Shown: positions 51,031 to 62,073, counted from the first letter of the stretch. The stretch is DNA of 64,000 bases from Candidatus Latescibacterota bacterium (GCA_965116875.1 OZ220733.1:128001-192000), one strand, 5' to 3'. The notes: generated by a model from the sequence alone, not told the origin. Numbers and translations are program-made.

Positions 51031-52587
51031 ATGGCCGAAGCCACACCGGAGCTTCTACAACTGACCCGCAAGGACTTCGTTTCCGACCAGGAAGTCCGCT
51101 GGTGTCCGGGATGCGGAGACTACGCCATACTGGCGCAGATGCAGAGGGTGCTTCCCGAACTCGGCATTCCCCGGGAACAGATCGTGTTCATCTCCGGAAT
51201 CGGCTGTTCCAGCCGTTTTCCGTACTACATGAACACCTATGGGGTGCATTCCATTCACGGGCGGGCGCCAACCCTGGCCTCGGGCCTGAAAGTGGCCAAT
51301 CCGGACCTGCACGTATGGGTGATCACCGGGGACGGCGACGGTCTGTCCATCGGCGGCAACCATCTTCTGCACATTCTGCGCCGGAACGTGAATGTGAACA
51401 TCATCCTCTTCAACAACCGCATCTACGGCCTTACCAAGGGGCAATATTCGCCCACGTCATTGCCCGGCCACAAGACGTATTCCTCGCCCATGGGCTCGAT
51501 CGAACAGTCCTTCAATCCCATTTCCGTCGCCATTGGGGCCGAGGCCACCTTTGTCGCGCGTTCCGTCGACAGAAACACCAAGCACCTTGCCGAAATGCTC
51601 CGCAGGGCGGCTGCTCACAAGGGCACCTCGTTTGTCGAAATCTATCAGAATTGCAACATCTACAACGATGGCGCGTGGTTCCACATTACCGAAGCCGACG
51701 TCAAGGAAGACAATACGTTGATTCTTGAAGACGGTCAGCCGATGATTTTCGGAAAGGAGCGGGACAAGGGCGTCCGGATGAACGATCTGCGTCCGGAAGT
51801 CGTGGCGCTGGGCAACGGCACATCCGCAGACGACCTGTTGGTACACCACGAGTCCGCGGATCCGCCCGCGCTGGCATACATGCTGAGCCGCATGGAATAT
51901 CCGGATTTTCCAGTGCCGCTGGGGGTTCTCCGCTGCGTGGACCGACCCGTTTACGAGGAGGAAATTCTCGCACAGGGTCGCGCCGCCGTCACTCAGAATG
52001 GGGAAGCCGATCTGACCACGCTTTATAATGCTTCCGATACCTGGATTGTATCGGAAGAGGACAGCGTTCCGGTCGAGCGGGACGTCGTGGAGGAAGTCGA
52101 GACGGATATCCCGGATATCATCCCGGGAATCGGCGGAGAGGACCCGATAGACCCGAAGGGTGAATTCGAGCGTCTGGTCATCGATCCGATCTCCACGGTA
52201 AAACTCCACACCCCGGAATTCATCACGCCGGGGGCCTCAATGCTCGAAGCCATGCTGCTGATGGAAGAAAAAGAGGCCGGCTGCCTTCTGGTTTCCGAAG
52301 ACGGCGTCACCCTTCAGGGCATCCTGGCGGAAGGGGACTTCTTCGTGAAAGTCGTGGGCAACGACGTCGATCTGGCAACCACGCGCGTGGAAGACGTAAT
52401 GACGCCAAATCCCACAACCATGAGATTGTCCGATCCCATCGGTTACGCGCTGCATCTGATGGACCTGCACGGCTACCGGCATATCCCGGTTGTCGACCCC
52501 GGTGGACGGGTCGTCAAGGTGGTGTCGTTCAGGGCGGCTCTCGAGTTCTTCACTCAACTTTACGACAACGGGGCGAACGGCAACTGA
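51031..52587 (+). CDS. korB: 2-oxoacid:ferredoxin oxidoreductase beta subunit fused to a C-terminal CBS pair
   Basis: WCPGCGD, SGIGCSSR, GDGD TPP motif, YGLTKGQ; extra ~180 aa with GILAEGD, MTPNP, YRHIPV. Confidence 0.9.
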   Translation: MAEATPELLQLTRKDFVSDQEVRWCPGCGDYAILAQMQRVLPELGIPREQIVFISGIGCSSRFPYYMNTYGVHSIHGRAPTLASGLKVANPDLHVWVITGDGDGLSIGGNHLLHILRRNVNVNIILFNNRIYGLTKGQYSPTSLPGHKTYSSPMGSIEQSFNPISVAIGAEATFVARSVDRNTKHLAEMLRRAAAHKGTSFVEIYQNCNIYNDGAWFHITEADVKEDNTLILEDGQPMIFGKERDKGVRMNDLRPEVVALGNGTSADDLLVHHESADPPALAYMLSRMEYPDFPVPLGVLRCVDRPVYEEEILAQGRAAVTQNGEADLTTLYNASDTWIVSEEDSVPVERDVVEEVETDIPDIIPGIGGEDPIDPKGEFERLVIDPISTVKLHTPEFITPGASMLEAMLLMEEKEAGCLLVSEDGVTLQGILAEGDFFVKVVGNDVDLATTRVEDVMTPNPTTMRLSDPIGYALHLMDLHGYRHIPVVDPGGRVVKVVSFRAALEFFTQLYDNGANGN

Positions 52588-52612
52588 TTCAGGCGCCTTC
52601 CCCGGACAGACC

Positions 52613-52650
52613 AACAGGAGCCCCGGACGCGGACGTCCGGGGCTCCTGTT
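52613..52650. terminator. Terminator-like hairpin between convergent genes
   Basis: Perfect 17-bp stem AACAGGAGCCCCGGACG / CGTCCGGGGCTCCTGTT with a 4-nt loop. Confidence 0.75.
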
Positions 52651-52666
52651 CCATTGGATTGCAGTG

Positions 52667-53143
52667 TCACGAATACACTTGTCCGACCTTCGGCCGATTG
52701 TACACCACCTCTGCCGTCAGGTCCTGCGGGAATTCATCCATCCTCTCCTGTCCCAACCGCTCCACCTCCGCCAGCCCCTGTTCGATTTTTCGCCTCAGCG
52801 CGCCGACGTCCACGCCCAGAAAGCGGTCGGGAAACTGCTTCAGCTTGAAATATGAATTATTGTAGTGCTTGACAGTCCCGTGGTAGATTCCTCGTCGAAG
52901 CTGGTGATAGGCGGCCGCGAGCTGGATCAGGCCCTGAAAGAAAATCCGGCTCGGCTCTTTATGCCTGCGCCAGACCTGCTCCCATGCCTCGTGGCTTTCC
53001 CAGTGCTCCCGGCAGTTGAAGAGGCGCACGCCCTTCTCAAAGTCCGCCCAGTCCTCGGCCGACATTGGGGGCTCAACCACGTCCGCTGCACGAATGAGGT
53101 ATGCCTCCTTCATCCGCGCCGATTTCAGGTCGAAACCTTCCAC
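52667..53143 (-). CDS. DUF309 domain protein
   Basis: GVRLFN...WESHEAWEQVW, QGLIQLAAAYH. Confidence 0.85.
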   Translation of the reverse strand: MEGFDLKSARMKEAYLIRAADVVEPPMSAEDWADFEKGVRLFNCREHWESHEAWEQVWRRHKEPSRIFFQGLIQLAAAYHQLRRGIYHGTVKHYNNSYFKLKQFPDRFLGVDVGALRRKIEQGLAEVERLGQERMDEFPQDLTAEVVYNRPKVGQVYS

Positions 53144-53146
53144 GCG

Positions 53147-53923
53147 CTACCCTCTTGACTGCACCTCCAGCATCGTCTCCAGCGCCACCAGATGCGCCCG
53201 AACCCGTACATCCATTGCCAGCGTCGACGGCGTCTCGGACGTAATCAGTCGATCGGTATACGACTGCTTGAACAACACGATCGGCACGCCGCCGCCAAGA
53301 CGCCGCTTTTCCACCTGCAGATTTGGAAATATCACGCCATTCGCCGCGGTTTCACCCTCGATCGTCGTCTGTGTATTCAGCGGACAGACCCGGGACACCT
53401 GTTTTGTTATCGACCGTCCCGCGGGCGCCAGCCCGCGAACCTGTTCGTAAAGATAGTACCCGGGGCTCTCCCAGTCTTCGTGCAGGTCCATTACCGCCGC
53501 GAACTTCCTCCCGCGAACAAACCGCTTCAACAGGCCGATCTCCGGAACGTCGTCCCGGAGGAATGCCCAGTTGATGTCCACGTCCTGCGCATTCGACCGG
53601 GTATTGTGAACGTATCCGTAGGGATTCAGGCAGGGGATCACGAAGAACCTGAATCGATCCAGCCATTGCTCGCACCCTTTCTCCAGAAAAGCCAGAGCCC
53701 CTTCCGTTCCCGCCGGTTCGTCGCCGTGCGTTCCACCGTTGACGTAAACCGCAGGAAGCGATGAATCTTCAGGAAGCGTTGCGCAATAGACCGGATAGCC
53801 GGCGACTCGGCCCAGCACTTCGATTCGGATATCCCGGCGCGATAGCGCCTCGGTGCGTTCTACGACCTCATTGTAGTCACGCATGAAATCCTGCCCCATG
53901 ACCTGGCCGCCCACACAGAACAC
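53147..53923 (-). CDS. M14-family zinc carboxypeptidase/deacylase
   Basis: GGTHGDEPAG, PCLNPYG, DINW, DLHED, ETP; true start may be ~53899. Confidence 0.85.
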   Translation of the reverse strand: MFCVGGQVMGQDFMRDYNEVVERTEALSRRDIRIEVLGRVAGYPVYCATLPEDSSLPAVYVNGGTHGDEPAGTEGALAFLEKGCEQWLDRFRFFVIPCLNPYGYVHNTRSNAQDVDINWAFLRDDVPEIGLLKRFVRGRKFAAVMDLHEDWESPGYYLYEQVRGLAPAGRSITKQVSRVCPLNTQTTIEGETAANGVIFPNLQVEKRRLGGGVPIVLFKQSYTDRLITSETPSTLAMDVRVRAHLVALETMLEVQSRG

Positions 53924-53932
53924 GGGCGGGAT

Positions 53933-55257
53933 TCAGTCAAACATGTCCCTGCCGAGCGTAATCCCATGCGCTTCGACGGGATCCCGGGTCCTGCCGGCTC
54001 GGGCCAGCCGCCGGGACAATTCCGCGGCCAGAATTTCACCCATCTCACGCGTCTTATCGGGCAGTTCCCGCGCCAGATTTCGCTGCTCCGAAGGATCGCC
54101 GCCCAGATCATACAGTTCCAACATGGGATTGCCGTAAAAGTCCGGTTCGAGTGCGGCGATCAGCTTCCATCCGCCTTCGCACACGGCCCATTTCGCCATC
54201 CAGGTGCATTCCTGCGAAAGCAGCAGTTCCCCCTCTTCACGATCCAACCCGCCAAGAATGAACGGAAGCAGCGAACGCCCATCCATCCCGCGCGGGACCG
54301 GCAGCCCGGCGCCTTCAAGTACCGTAGGCGCGAGATCCGTGTGTTGAGCCAGCGACCGGATGCGGCGCCCGCCGACCTCGACCCCGGCCACCTCACAATC
54401 AACGGTACCCGAATATCGCTCTCGTACAATCCATGGTGATCGAAGTAAATGCCGTGCTCACCCAACTCCTCGCCGTGGTCGCTGAAAATGAATACCGCCG
54501 TTTCTTCCGCGATACCCAACCCGTCCAGCGCCCCCAGCAACTCGCGGATGCCGTCGTCCACACATTTCACTTCGGCATCGTACTGGCTGCGTACGAATTC
54601 GACGTCGGTAATCTGCGCCCCCGCCGCATCGGGCCACTCCATCGCCATCCGCCCGAGCCAGCCGGACGTCCACCAGCTTCTCAGGGGCCGGCGGTAGAAT
54701 TCGTCAAGGCTGCCCCTGTTTTCCACCGTGGGATCGCTGGTGTAAAAGAGGTCCCTGTACTCCACGGGAGGCATGTAAGGCGTGTGAGGATCCCAATAGT
54801 GTACGAAGAGAAAGAACGGCTCACGGCCATGGGCTTTGAGCCACTCCACGGCCAGCTCATTGAACCGAAAGCATTCGGGATAACTTCCCGCCTCTCTCGG
54901 ATTCAGACAGACGTCGAACCCCCTTGAAAACCAGGGTTTGTGATGCTCCGCCAGATTGTCGATCGCTGCCGTGGCGTACCCGGCCCGTTGCAGAAATTCA
55001 GGCAGAAAGGGCGCGCCCTTGCCGAGAGACCAGCGGCCCCGGTGCGCCACGATTCCATGCGTGGTGGGCCACTGTCCGGTAAACATGCACGTAAATGAAG
55101 GTTGCGTGGGTATGGACGGCGCGTAGCAATTCTCGAACACCGCCGACCGGCCTGCAAACGCATCGATGAACGGCGTGGTGGGCCGGTCGTATCCGTAGCA
55201 CCCGAGTCGATCCGCTCGCAGGCTGTCGACGGCGATCATCAGGAAATTCATCCGCAC
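53933..55257 (-). pseudogene. Sulfatase-like hydrolase split by a 1-nt frameshift (or sequencing error)
   Basis: DSLRADRL, HYWDPHTPY, SDHGE, DHHGLY; ORFs 54160-55257 and 53933-54391 join if one G is added to the G4 run (plus-strand C4 at 54382-54385). Confidence 0.75.
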
Positions 55258-55312
55258 GCCTTCATGATATATACAGTCTGCCGAAACAACCCGGGGACGA
55301 ATTCTCCGCCCG

Positions 55313-56191
55313 TCAGTTCTCCCGAACCACCCAGTCCTCGAATTCCAGGCCTTCGGACAAGTGCCAGGCCGTCAGATAAAGCGACGCGGTAAACTTCACC
55401 GCCTCCCGCGCACGCTCCATACCGAATGCCACGACGTCCGGAACCGCCGTCCACTCGCCCTCACCCGCGGGCGGCAATTGAACCTCCAGGCCATATACGG
55501 CGTCCAGAAGCGACCTGCTGTTGTCTATCTGCGCGGCAATTCCCGCCATCAGACTGTCCAGCACCACGGGCTGTTGACCCGATGCCAGAGCCCCCGGCGC
55601 AGGGTCAATCCTGCGGATCAGATCGTCCACCTTGTAGTGTATGCCGCTGGGTTGAATGGCGCCGTCCGGGCCGGGCCGTCCGTTGAAGTACATGGTCACG
55701 TGCAGCGGCTGGCAGAGGTCCTGGGCGTAATTCGCGACAAAACCGGCGTACATCAGACACTTTTGTCTGATGTGGCGATTGTCCGGCCAGCGCCTGTGTT
55801 CTGCGAACGCCACTGCCAGCCTCTGCGTCCACTCGGCGACCGAATAGGGAAGGAAACCGACCCTGTCCGGCGCGATGCCCTGCTCCGCGCAAAACTCAAG
55901 AAACCCGTTGCGATCGGCCGGCAACGAAGCGTCTTTCAGTCGTTCCGGATTGAAATAGTGCTCGGGAACTTCGGCGCGGCGCAAAATCGGCGTTCCGCGA
56001 TTCCTCGCCAGGTCGGGGTCCCACACATAGTGTGCGATCGCGTCTCCTCCGGCGCGAAAGAAGCCCGGCATCCGCTCCGGAAGCGAGGCGACCGCAGCTC
56101 TGGTGACGATGCCGTGCCCGCGGACCCACCATCCCTGGGCGGCGCTCGCATTCAGGACGATCAATACCAGTACGACAGCCCATCTCGCCAT
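55313..56191 (-). CDS. Secreted S1/P1 nuclease / phospholipase C-like zinc protein
   Basis: Signal peptide then W...GH, PD, H-Y, DLCQPLH, GIH motifs. Confidence 0.7.
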   Translation of the reverse strand: MARWAVVLVLIVLNASAAQGWWVRGHGIVTRAAVASLPERMPGFFRAGGDAIAHYVWDPDLARNRGTPILRRAEVPEHYFNPERLKDASLPADRNGFLEFCAEQGIAPDRVGFLPYSVAEWTQRLAVAFAEHRRWPDNRHIRQKCLMYAGFVANYAQDLCQPLHVTMYFNGRPGPDGAIQPSGIHYKVDDLIRRIDPAPGALASGQQPVVLDSLMAGIAAQIDNSRSLLDAVYGLEVQLPPAGEGEWTAVPDVVAFGMERAREAVKFTASLYLTAWHLSEGLEFEDWVVREN

Positions 56192-56304
56192 CTGGCACCC
56201 CCTATATGCGCGTCAGCTCTGTTCCGTCTGCGGGAACATTGCGTTTCGGAATCCTGACTGCGAAGTTACATCGGCACAGCTTCTTTGTCAACGACTGGTT
56301 AACA

Positions 56305-56336
56305 GAAGCGGAGGCCCCGTGTGAGACCTCCGCTTC
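56305..56336 (-). terminator. Hairpin downstream of selC
   Basis: GAAGCGGAGG ... CCTCCGCTTC 10-bp stem right after the tRNA 3' end. Confidence 0.55.
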
Positions 56337-56342
56337 GGATAA

Positions 56343-56440
56343 TGGCGGGAATGTGTGGGAATCGAACCCACCCAGCGTGTGATTAGCACGCCGCAACGGG
56401 TTTGAAGCCCGCGAGGGCCACCAGTGCCCCATCCACTCCC
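56343..56440 (-). tRNA. selC: tRNA-Sec (anticodon UCA)
   Basis: GGGAGTGG...CTTCAAA anticodon loop, long variable arm, GGTTCGATTCC T-arm, encoded CCA; adjacent to selB/selA. Confidence 0.95.
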
Positions 56441-56478
56441 GCACAATGTCGGTCGACTGGATCCGTTGACCTGACCCT

Positions 56479-58380
56479 TTATCGACTCGCCAACACCCGG
56501 ACGTCCCCCTTTCTCAAGGTGACGCCCCTGTTATCGAAATAGTTCAACAATGGAACGGCGTATTTGCGCGTGGTGCCCACCAGGTCGCGGAATGCCGAAA
56601 CACTCATCTCCCGGTTTCGCCGCAGGTAATCGACGAGCTCCTGCTCAATCTCCTCGAGCGTACGCGGCGGAAACACCAGATGCTCGTCGAGCCTCACGAT
56701 CTCTCCCATCGCCTGCATGGCGGCCGAAACAGCGTGAACTTCGGCGGAGTCCCGCGCCAGGTGAACCCCCATCTCGTTCAGATCCGGAGGGGCGGACCGT
56801 CCAGCCTTCAGAAGCGCCAGCATTTCCTCTCTGATCCGGCCCTGGTCTCCTGAGAACTGGATCCGGTGATCGGCCAGACGCAGGAGGGGACCCGAGGATA
56901 TCAACCCCTTCTCCGAGAGCAGATGGTCGATTGCCCGCTCGAATGTACTGTCCGGCGGCCTTCCCTCCACCAGCCGGTGGAGTTCGCTGTGCGAAACCCC
57001 CGCCTTGAGGGGATGGGTCCGGTGATAGATGGACAGCGCATCCCGAACGTGTTGCAGCAGCGACTGCCACGAATCCGTATGAACGTATACGGCCTTTCCC
57101 GCGTGGCGAAAGACGAATGCCTCTCCCCTGTCCTGCAGGTCCTGCAGCCGGTCGTCTGTCTCGGACAGAGACAACCCCAGCGCCGCCGCAAGATCAGAGG
57201 CCGACTGGGCCCGGTATCCCGCCGCCTTCAGACGAAGGCCCAACACGCGGGTCGGATCCTCAACTTCGGACGCGCGCAGCGGTTCGAGCGTGTCCTCCCG
57301 AAAGCGGCGATGCTTGGCCGGCTGCGCATCCAGCACCACCCCTCCGCCCAGCGTTTGCACGGGCGAATAACGTCGGATCACGAATCGGTCGCCCCGGGCC
57401 GCCACGCCGCGCTCTTCCAGGCGGAACTGCACCAGCTGGGATTCGCCGGGGTGCAACTCGTCCCCCTCGAGGAGAACCACGCGCGCCAGTACGTCTCTCG
57501 GTCCAAGGTGCAGATGCACCCGCGCCCGGTTCTCCAGTGACACCGGCGCATCCTTCAGCAGACGCAGCCGTGCGTCCAGCATATAGGTGGAACTGAAATA
57601 CCCCCGCTGCGCCAGAAGATCTCCCCGCGCGACCTGATCCACCTCCACGTCGGCCAGGTTGATCGCCGCCCGGTGACCAACGACGGCTGTCTCCACGTCC
57701 CTGCCGTGTACCTGCACGCCACGCACCCGAACGGCATGGTTGGCCGGCTGCAGCATCACCACGTCCTTCGGCCGAACCCGGCCCGACAGTACGGTGCCCG
57801 TTACAACCGTACCGAATCCCCTGACGGAGAATACACGATCCACCGGAAGACGAAACACGCCGCCATCGGGGCGCGTCTCCGCATTCCCGATTTCTTCCTC
57901 CAGCAGCGCCCCCAGCGTCTCCATCCCCTCGCCGGTCACCGCGGACACCGGTACGATCGGAGCGCCCTCCAGAAACGTGCCTTCGAACAGGTCGCGCAGG
58001 TCCTCCTCCACCAGGTCCGCCCAGTCCGGCTCCACCAGGTCCACCTTGTTCAGCGCCACAACACCCCGCCGTACGCCCAGAAGATTCAGAATACCCAGGT
58101 GCTCACGCGTCTGGGGCATGGCCCCGTCGTCCGCCGCCACCACAAACAGGGCGAGATCCACCGAACACACGCCGGTCACCATATTCTTCACGAACCGTTC
58201 GTGACCGGGCACGTCGATGATCGTGACATCGTCCTTCCAGTACGCGAATCCGATATCGATTGTCACGCCCCGGTCCTTCTCCTGCGGGAGCGTATCCGTA
58301 TCGATACCCGTAAGCGCCTTGATCAACGCGGTCTTTCCATGGTCGATATGACCCGCCGTACCGATAATCACGTGCGACAT
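56479..58380 (-). CDS. selB: Selenocysteine-specific elongation factor
   Basis: [24 protein letters not shown]-terminal winged helix [14 protein letters not shown]. Confidence 0.96.
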   Translation of the reverse strand: MSHVIIGTAGHIDHGKTALIKALTGIDTDTLPQEKDRGVTIDIGFAYWKDDVTIIDVPGHERFVKNMVTGVCSVDLALFVVAADDGAMPQTREHLGILNLLGVRRGVVALNKVDLVEPDWADLVEEDLRDLFEGTFLEGAPIVPVSAVTGEGMETLGALLEEEIGNAETRPDGGVFRLPVDRVFSVRGFGTVVTGTVLSGRVRPKDVVMLQPANHAVRVRGVQVHGRDVETAVVGHRAAINLADVEVDQVARGDLLAQRGYFSSTYMLDARLRLLKDAPVSLENRARVHLHLGPRDVLARVVLLEGDELHPGESQLVQFRLEERGVAARGDRFVIRRYSPVQTLGGGVVLDAQPAKHRRFREDTLEPLRASEVEDPTRVLGLRLKAAGYRAQSASDLAAALGLSLSETDDRLQDLQDRGEAFVFRHAGKAVYVHTDSWQSLLQHVRDALSIYHRTHPLKAGVSHSELHRLVEGRPPDSTFERAIDHLLSEKGLISSGPLLRLADHRIQFSGDQGRIREEMLALLKAGRSAPPDLNEMGVHLARDSAEVHAVSAAMQAMGEIVRLDEHLVFPPRTLEEIEQELVDYLRRNREMSVSAFRDLVGTTRKYAVPLLNYFDNRGVTLRKGDVRVLASR

Positions 58381-59804
58381 CAGGTTGACTCCGCACCGAT
58401 CCCCGCCGCGCGCCGCAGCGCGTCCTCGACGAGGCGCAACTCACCGGAAGCCACCGTCCGCAGGTCCAGAAACAGCCGCTCGTCCCGCACGTATCCGACG
58501 ACCGGCGGATCGTTGGAGCGCAGCCTGGCCGCGAGGTCGGTCACGGACCCATCGTTGACGAAAGACACACAGAGCGCCGCGCTTGCGATTTCCTCCAGGG
58601 GCATGGCGCCGCTGCCCGTCTGCGCAACCGAATCCACCAGGTCAACCCGCAGCCCGCAGTCCTGCAGCTGACTCAGCCGGGCCAGACTCCGCCTTCCCCG
58701 CCGCATCAGAGCGGTAACAGGCTCAGTGAGCATCCCCAGCGTTGGATGCGCCCGCAGCAGATCCTTCCGGTTCAGGAAGAGCCTCAACGTTGCCGCCAGT
58801 GCGGCGTACGTGAGCTTCCCGCACCGCAGCGCCCGCATGAGCGGGTTCCGCCGGATTTTCCGGATGGCGTCTTCCCTCCCCACCAGAATGCCCGCCTGGG
58901 GTCCGCCCAACACCTTGTCGGCGCTGAACGTGACCACGTCGGCGCCGGCCGCGACGCTGTCCGACACCAGGGGCTCGTGCGGCAGACCGAACTCACCCAT
59001 ATCCACCAGCGCCCCGCCTCCGAGGTCGTGGACCACGGTCACACCGCGCCGATTGCCCAGCGCAACCAATTCCGGGAGTGAAACCGCGGCTGTAAAGCCC
59101 ATCACCTTGTAGTTGCTCGGGTGTACCGCCAGCATCAGACCGGCGCGGTCGGTCAGCGCGGCCTCATAGTCCCGCAGGTGCGTCCGGTTGGTTGTACCCA
59201 CCTCTACGAGTACCGCGCCGCTTCGCTCCATGATTTCCGGAATGCGAAAAGAATCACCGATCTCGATCAATTCGCCTCGCGAGACCAGCGCTTCTTTTCC
59301 AAGACAAAGCGTATTCAGGGTCAACAATACGGCCGCCGCGTTGTTGTTGACCACAGCCGCCGCTTCCGCGCCCGTCAACGCACACAACAGTTCCTCAACC
59401 AGCGCCGTTCGGGACCCGCGCCGGCCGGATTCAAGGTCTGACTCCAGATTGCTGTACCCGGAGGCAATTCCCGCGACCGCACGGGCGGCGGCATCCGACA
59501 GCGGCGCGCGCCCGAGGTTCGTGTGCAACACGATTCCGGTGGCGTTGACGACCCGCTTGAGGCCGGGTTCGGTCAAACGCGCCACCCGCAGACAGACCCG
59601 GCGGGTTACACGCGCCAGGAGCGTATTCCGGGATTCGCCGGTCGCCTCACCGCTGAGTATGGACTGCCGAACGGCGACGATTTCCTCGCGCACAAAACGC
59701 GCAACCAGCGGCTGATTGCAGCATTCACACAACGCGCGAACCCCAGGTTCAGCCATTACCGAGTCAACCGAAGGAATCACCGACAAGTTGGCCTGCTCTG
59801 CCAT
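58380..59804 (-). CDS. selA: L-seryl-tRNA(Sec) selenium transferase
   Basis: VVNATGIVLHTNLGRAPL, VNNNAAA, EVGTTNRT, FSADKVLGGPQAG; start 59804 preferred (GGGAG RBS). Confidence 0.95.
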   Translation of the reverse strand: MAEQANLSVIPSVDSVMAEPGVRALCECCNQPLVARFVREEIVAVRQSILSGEATGESRNTLLARVTRRVCLRVARLTEPGLKRVVNATGIVLHTNLGRAPLSDAAARAVAGIASGYSNLESDLESGRRGSRTALVEELLCALTGAEAAAVVNNNAAAVLLTLNTLCLGKEALVSRGELIEIGDSFRIPEIMERSGAVLVEVGTTNRTHLRDYEAALTDRAGLMLAVHPSNYKVMGFTAAVSLPELVALGNRRGVTVVHDLGGGALVDMGEFGLPHEPLVSDSVAAGADVVTFSADKVLGGPQAGILVGREDAIRKIRRNPLMRALRCGKLTYAALAATLRLFLNRKDLLRAHPTLGMLTEPVTALMRRGRRSLARLSQLQDCGLRVDLVDSVAQTGSGAMPLEEIASAALCVSFVNDGSVTDLAARLRSNDPPVVGYVRDERLFLDLRTVASGELRLVEDALRRAAGIGAEST

Positions 59805-59853
59805 GATGCTCCCGATAGCGGACGCCATTGACGACGCGCGGCGCGGTCTGCCT

Positions 59854-62073
59854 TTACGGAACGATTCTGAATGAAATCTCCTTCGAAACCTGCTCATCCG
59901 CCATCAGGTCCGATACGGCCACCCTGACCAGCTGCCTGCCTTCCTGCGTTCCGGTCAGATCCAGCTCCACGTACGCCACTTCATCCGGCCGGTTTCCGGC
60001 CTGGTCGTATGCGATCACAATCTCCTGGTCCTTTTCGGACAGCCTGAATACCCGTCCCAGACCGTGCAGGATCTTCGCGGGCAGCGCCCGGTCCCGATGC
60101 GACCGCAACGTGTATTCCACACGATAGCGCGTCTGACCGAAGGCATCCTGTTTCAGATTGTAGATTTCAAAATAGACAAACGCGTTCTGGTGGCTCCGGA
60201 ACGCCAGCGACGACATCGGGATCACCTTGAGGCCGTTCTTTATGTAATCTCCGGCCGTTTCTTCCGTCGGCTCCGTCGCGAAGGCGAGTTCGATATCGCT
60301 GATCAGCAGCCCGGTAGGCTTGTGATAGTCCTCCAGGACAACCGCCTGCTGATAGACCTGGGACTTTCCGGAAACCACGTCCCGTACCTGGAGGGCCATC
60401 TGGTACGTGCCGGGAGGAAGATTCACGGGCATTACGCCAGGAATGAACGCGCCGTCGGAAACCTCCTGGTCCGTGGGGGCCGTGAAGGCCATCTGATCCA
60501 CCTCACGATAGACTTCGTTCCACAGGCTGTCGAACAACGCAACGCCCCGGTCCAGCAGAATGAGACCCGCTTTCTCATCCACGTTCAATCGTACCACCTC
60601 GGATGCAGGCAACCCGTAGTAGATCTCCAGTCGCGTCCTGGATTCCTGCCCCTTGAAATCCGCCGGATAGTAGTAAAAGTCGATGGGCAGATCGGCGAAG
60701 TCGGGCGAATAGCGTGAGGGCCGACTCGCCACGACATTCTGCATGATCACACCACCCTGATAATCGGCCAGGTGGACGCCGACGTGCGGTGCAACCGTGA
60801 GCGGAAACGGCGCGAAGTCGTACCGCCGGCCTTTGAAGACTTCGGTGAACGTGATCTCGATACCGCCGTCTACCTGTGTGTAGATCCAGTATTCCCACCT
60901 CGCGTTCGCGGCAACCGGAAAGATCGGAAGCCCCGGTGAAATGGCCAGCGCGATCCGGGAACGGTTCACGAAATTTACTCGCGTTTCCTGTAGTTCCCGG
61001 TCCCGTTCGGCCTGAACGTCGTCCCATCTGCTGATATGGTCCGGATTTCCCAGCCGGATGAATACCTCGCCACGTTTGTCCCAGCCGCCGTCCGGCCGGG
61101 TATAATATTCGAGCGCGTATGCCACACGCCGATAGTGCTCCAGCAACCGTTCGTTTTCGGGCGTGAGGGGTGTGGGGTCGCGCCGGTTCCAGAACCGCGC
61201 GGCAAGCGCATCTTTTTCCGCCGGCAACGCCGCTTCGTAGCGCGCCAGGTCGTCGTCGTCCGCCACGAGGGATATGTCGCGATACCTGCGTTGTTCGGCT
61301 TTCGGAAGTAAGGAGAAATAGACCCCGAACAGTTCGTTCGCACGCTCGAAGTCCCGATTCATCAGGGCAATAACGGCAAGATCGCGATGGGCCGGAATAC
61401 GGGCGTCGCCGCCGGCCGTCAGCAACCCAGAGAGCATGTTGACCGCTTCCCCGGTCCTCCCCAGAGAGAGCCACAGCCGTGCCAGCCGGATTCCTGCGCG
61501 GGGGTGTGCCGGATTCGCCTCCATCTCCTGCCGGTATGCTGAAATCGCCTCGTGCAGCTTTCCGTCGTCCTCCAGCAGCAGTCCAATCCGGAAATGCGCG
61601 TCCGGGTAACCGGCGTCGATCTCAATCACTCTCTCGAATGCTTCCCGCGCCCGTCGCTTCCGCGTTTCCAGGTAGACGCACGCCAGATGGTACTGCGCCT
61701 CGGCCATGTCCGGGTCTGCTCTCAGGGCTCGTTTGAAATTCGATTCGGCCTGCCTGTACCCCTTCTCTGAAGCCATGTAGGCCAGTCCCAACCCGTTGTA
61801 CCCCGCCGCCTTTGCGCCCTTCTTCACCGCCTTCCTGAACGCCTTTCTGGCTGCCTTCTGATTGCCGGCATCCAGATACGCATGTCCGAGAAGAACAAAA
61901 TCCCTCGCCGTCTCCTTTCCCGCAGCGATCACACGCTTCAGCGCGGCAACGGCGCGTTCCGACCGACCACCCTCGACGTCCTCCTGCGCCACAACCCGGA
62001 GTGAATCAGCCGGCGTCGCCGGTACGGGCGCAACGATCGTGAGGGACAGGGCGATTATCCAAGTCATGGCCAA
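59854..62073 (-). CDS. Exported TPR + GWxTD-domain protein
   Basis: Signal-like N-terminus, TPRs, FWNRRDPTPLTPENE, HYRRVAYA, WDKRGEVFIRLGNPD. Confidence 0.8.
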   Translation of the reverse strand: MAMTWIIALSLTIVAPVPATPADSLRVVAQEDVEGGRSERAVAALKRVIAAGKETARDFVLLGHAYLDAGNQKAARKAFRKAVKKGAKAAGYNGLGLAYMASEKGYRQAESNFKRALRADPDMAEAQYHLACVYLETRKRRAREAFERVIEIDAGYPDAHFRIGLLLEDDGKLHEAISAYRQEMEANPAHPRAGIRLARLWLSLGRTGEAVNMLSGLLTAGGDARIPAHRDLAVIALMNRDFERANELFGVYFSLLPKAEQRRYRDISLVADDDDLARYEAALPAEKDALAARFWNRRDPTPLTPENERLLEHYRRVAYALEYYTRPDGGWDKRGEVFIRLGNPDHISRWDDVQAERDRELQETRVNFVNRSRIALAISPGLPIFPVAANARWEYWIYTQVDGGIEITFTEVFKGRRYDFAPFPLTVAPHVGVHLADYQGGVIMQNVVASRPSRYSPDFADLPIDFYYYPADFKGQESRTRLEIYYGLPASEVVRLNVDEKAGLILLDRGVALFDSLWNEVYREVDQMAFTAPTDQEVSDGAFIPGVMPVNLPPGTYQMALQVRDVVSGKSQVYQQAVVLEDYHKPTGLLISDIELAFATEPTEETAGDYIKNGLKVIPMSSLAFRSHQNAFVYFEIYNLKQDAFGQTRYRVEYTLRSHRDRALPAKILHGLGRVFRLSEKDQEIVIAYDQAGNRPDEVAYVELDLTGTQEGRQLVRVAVSDLMADEQVSKEISFRIVP

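Noticed and set aside
56343-56440. selC as an integration site for a genomic island
   Set aside because: No integrase nearby and no duplicated tRNA 3' end noticed in the window
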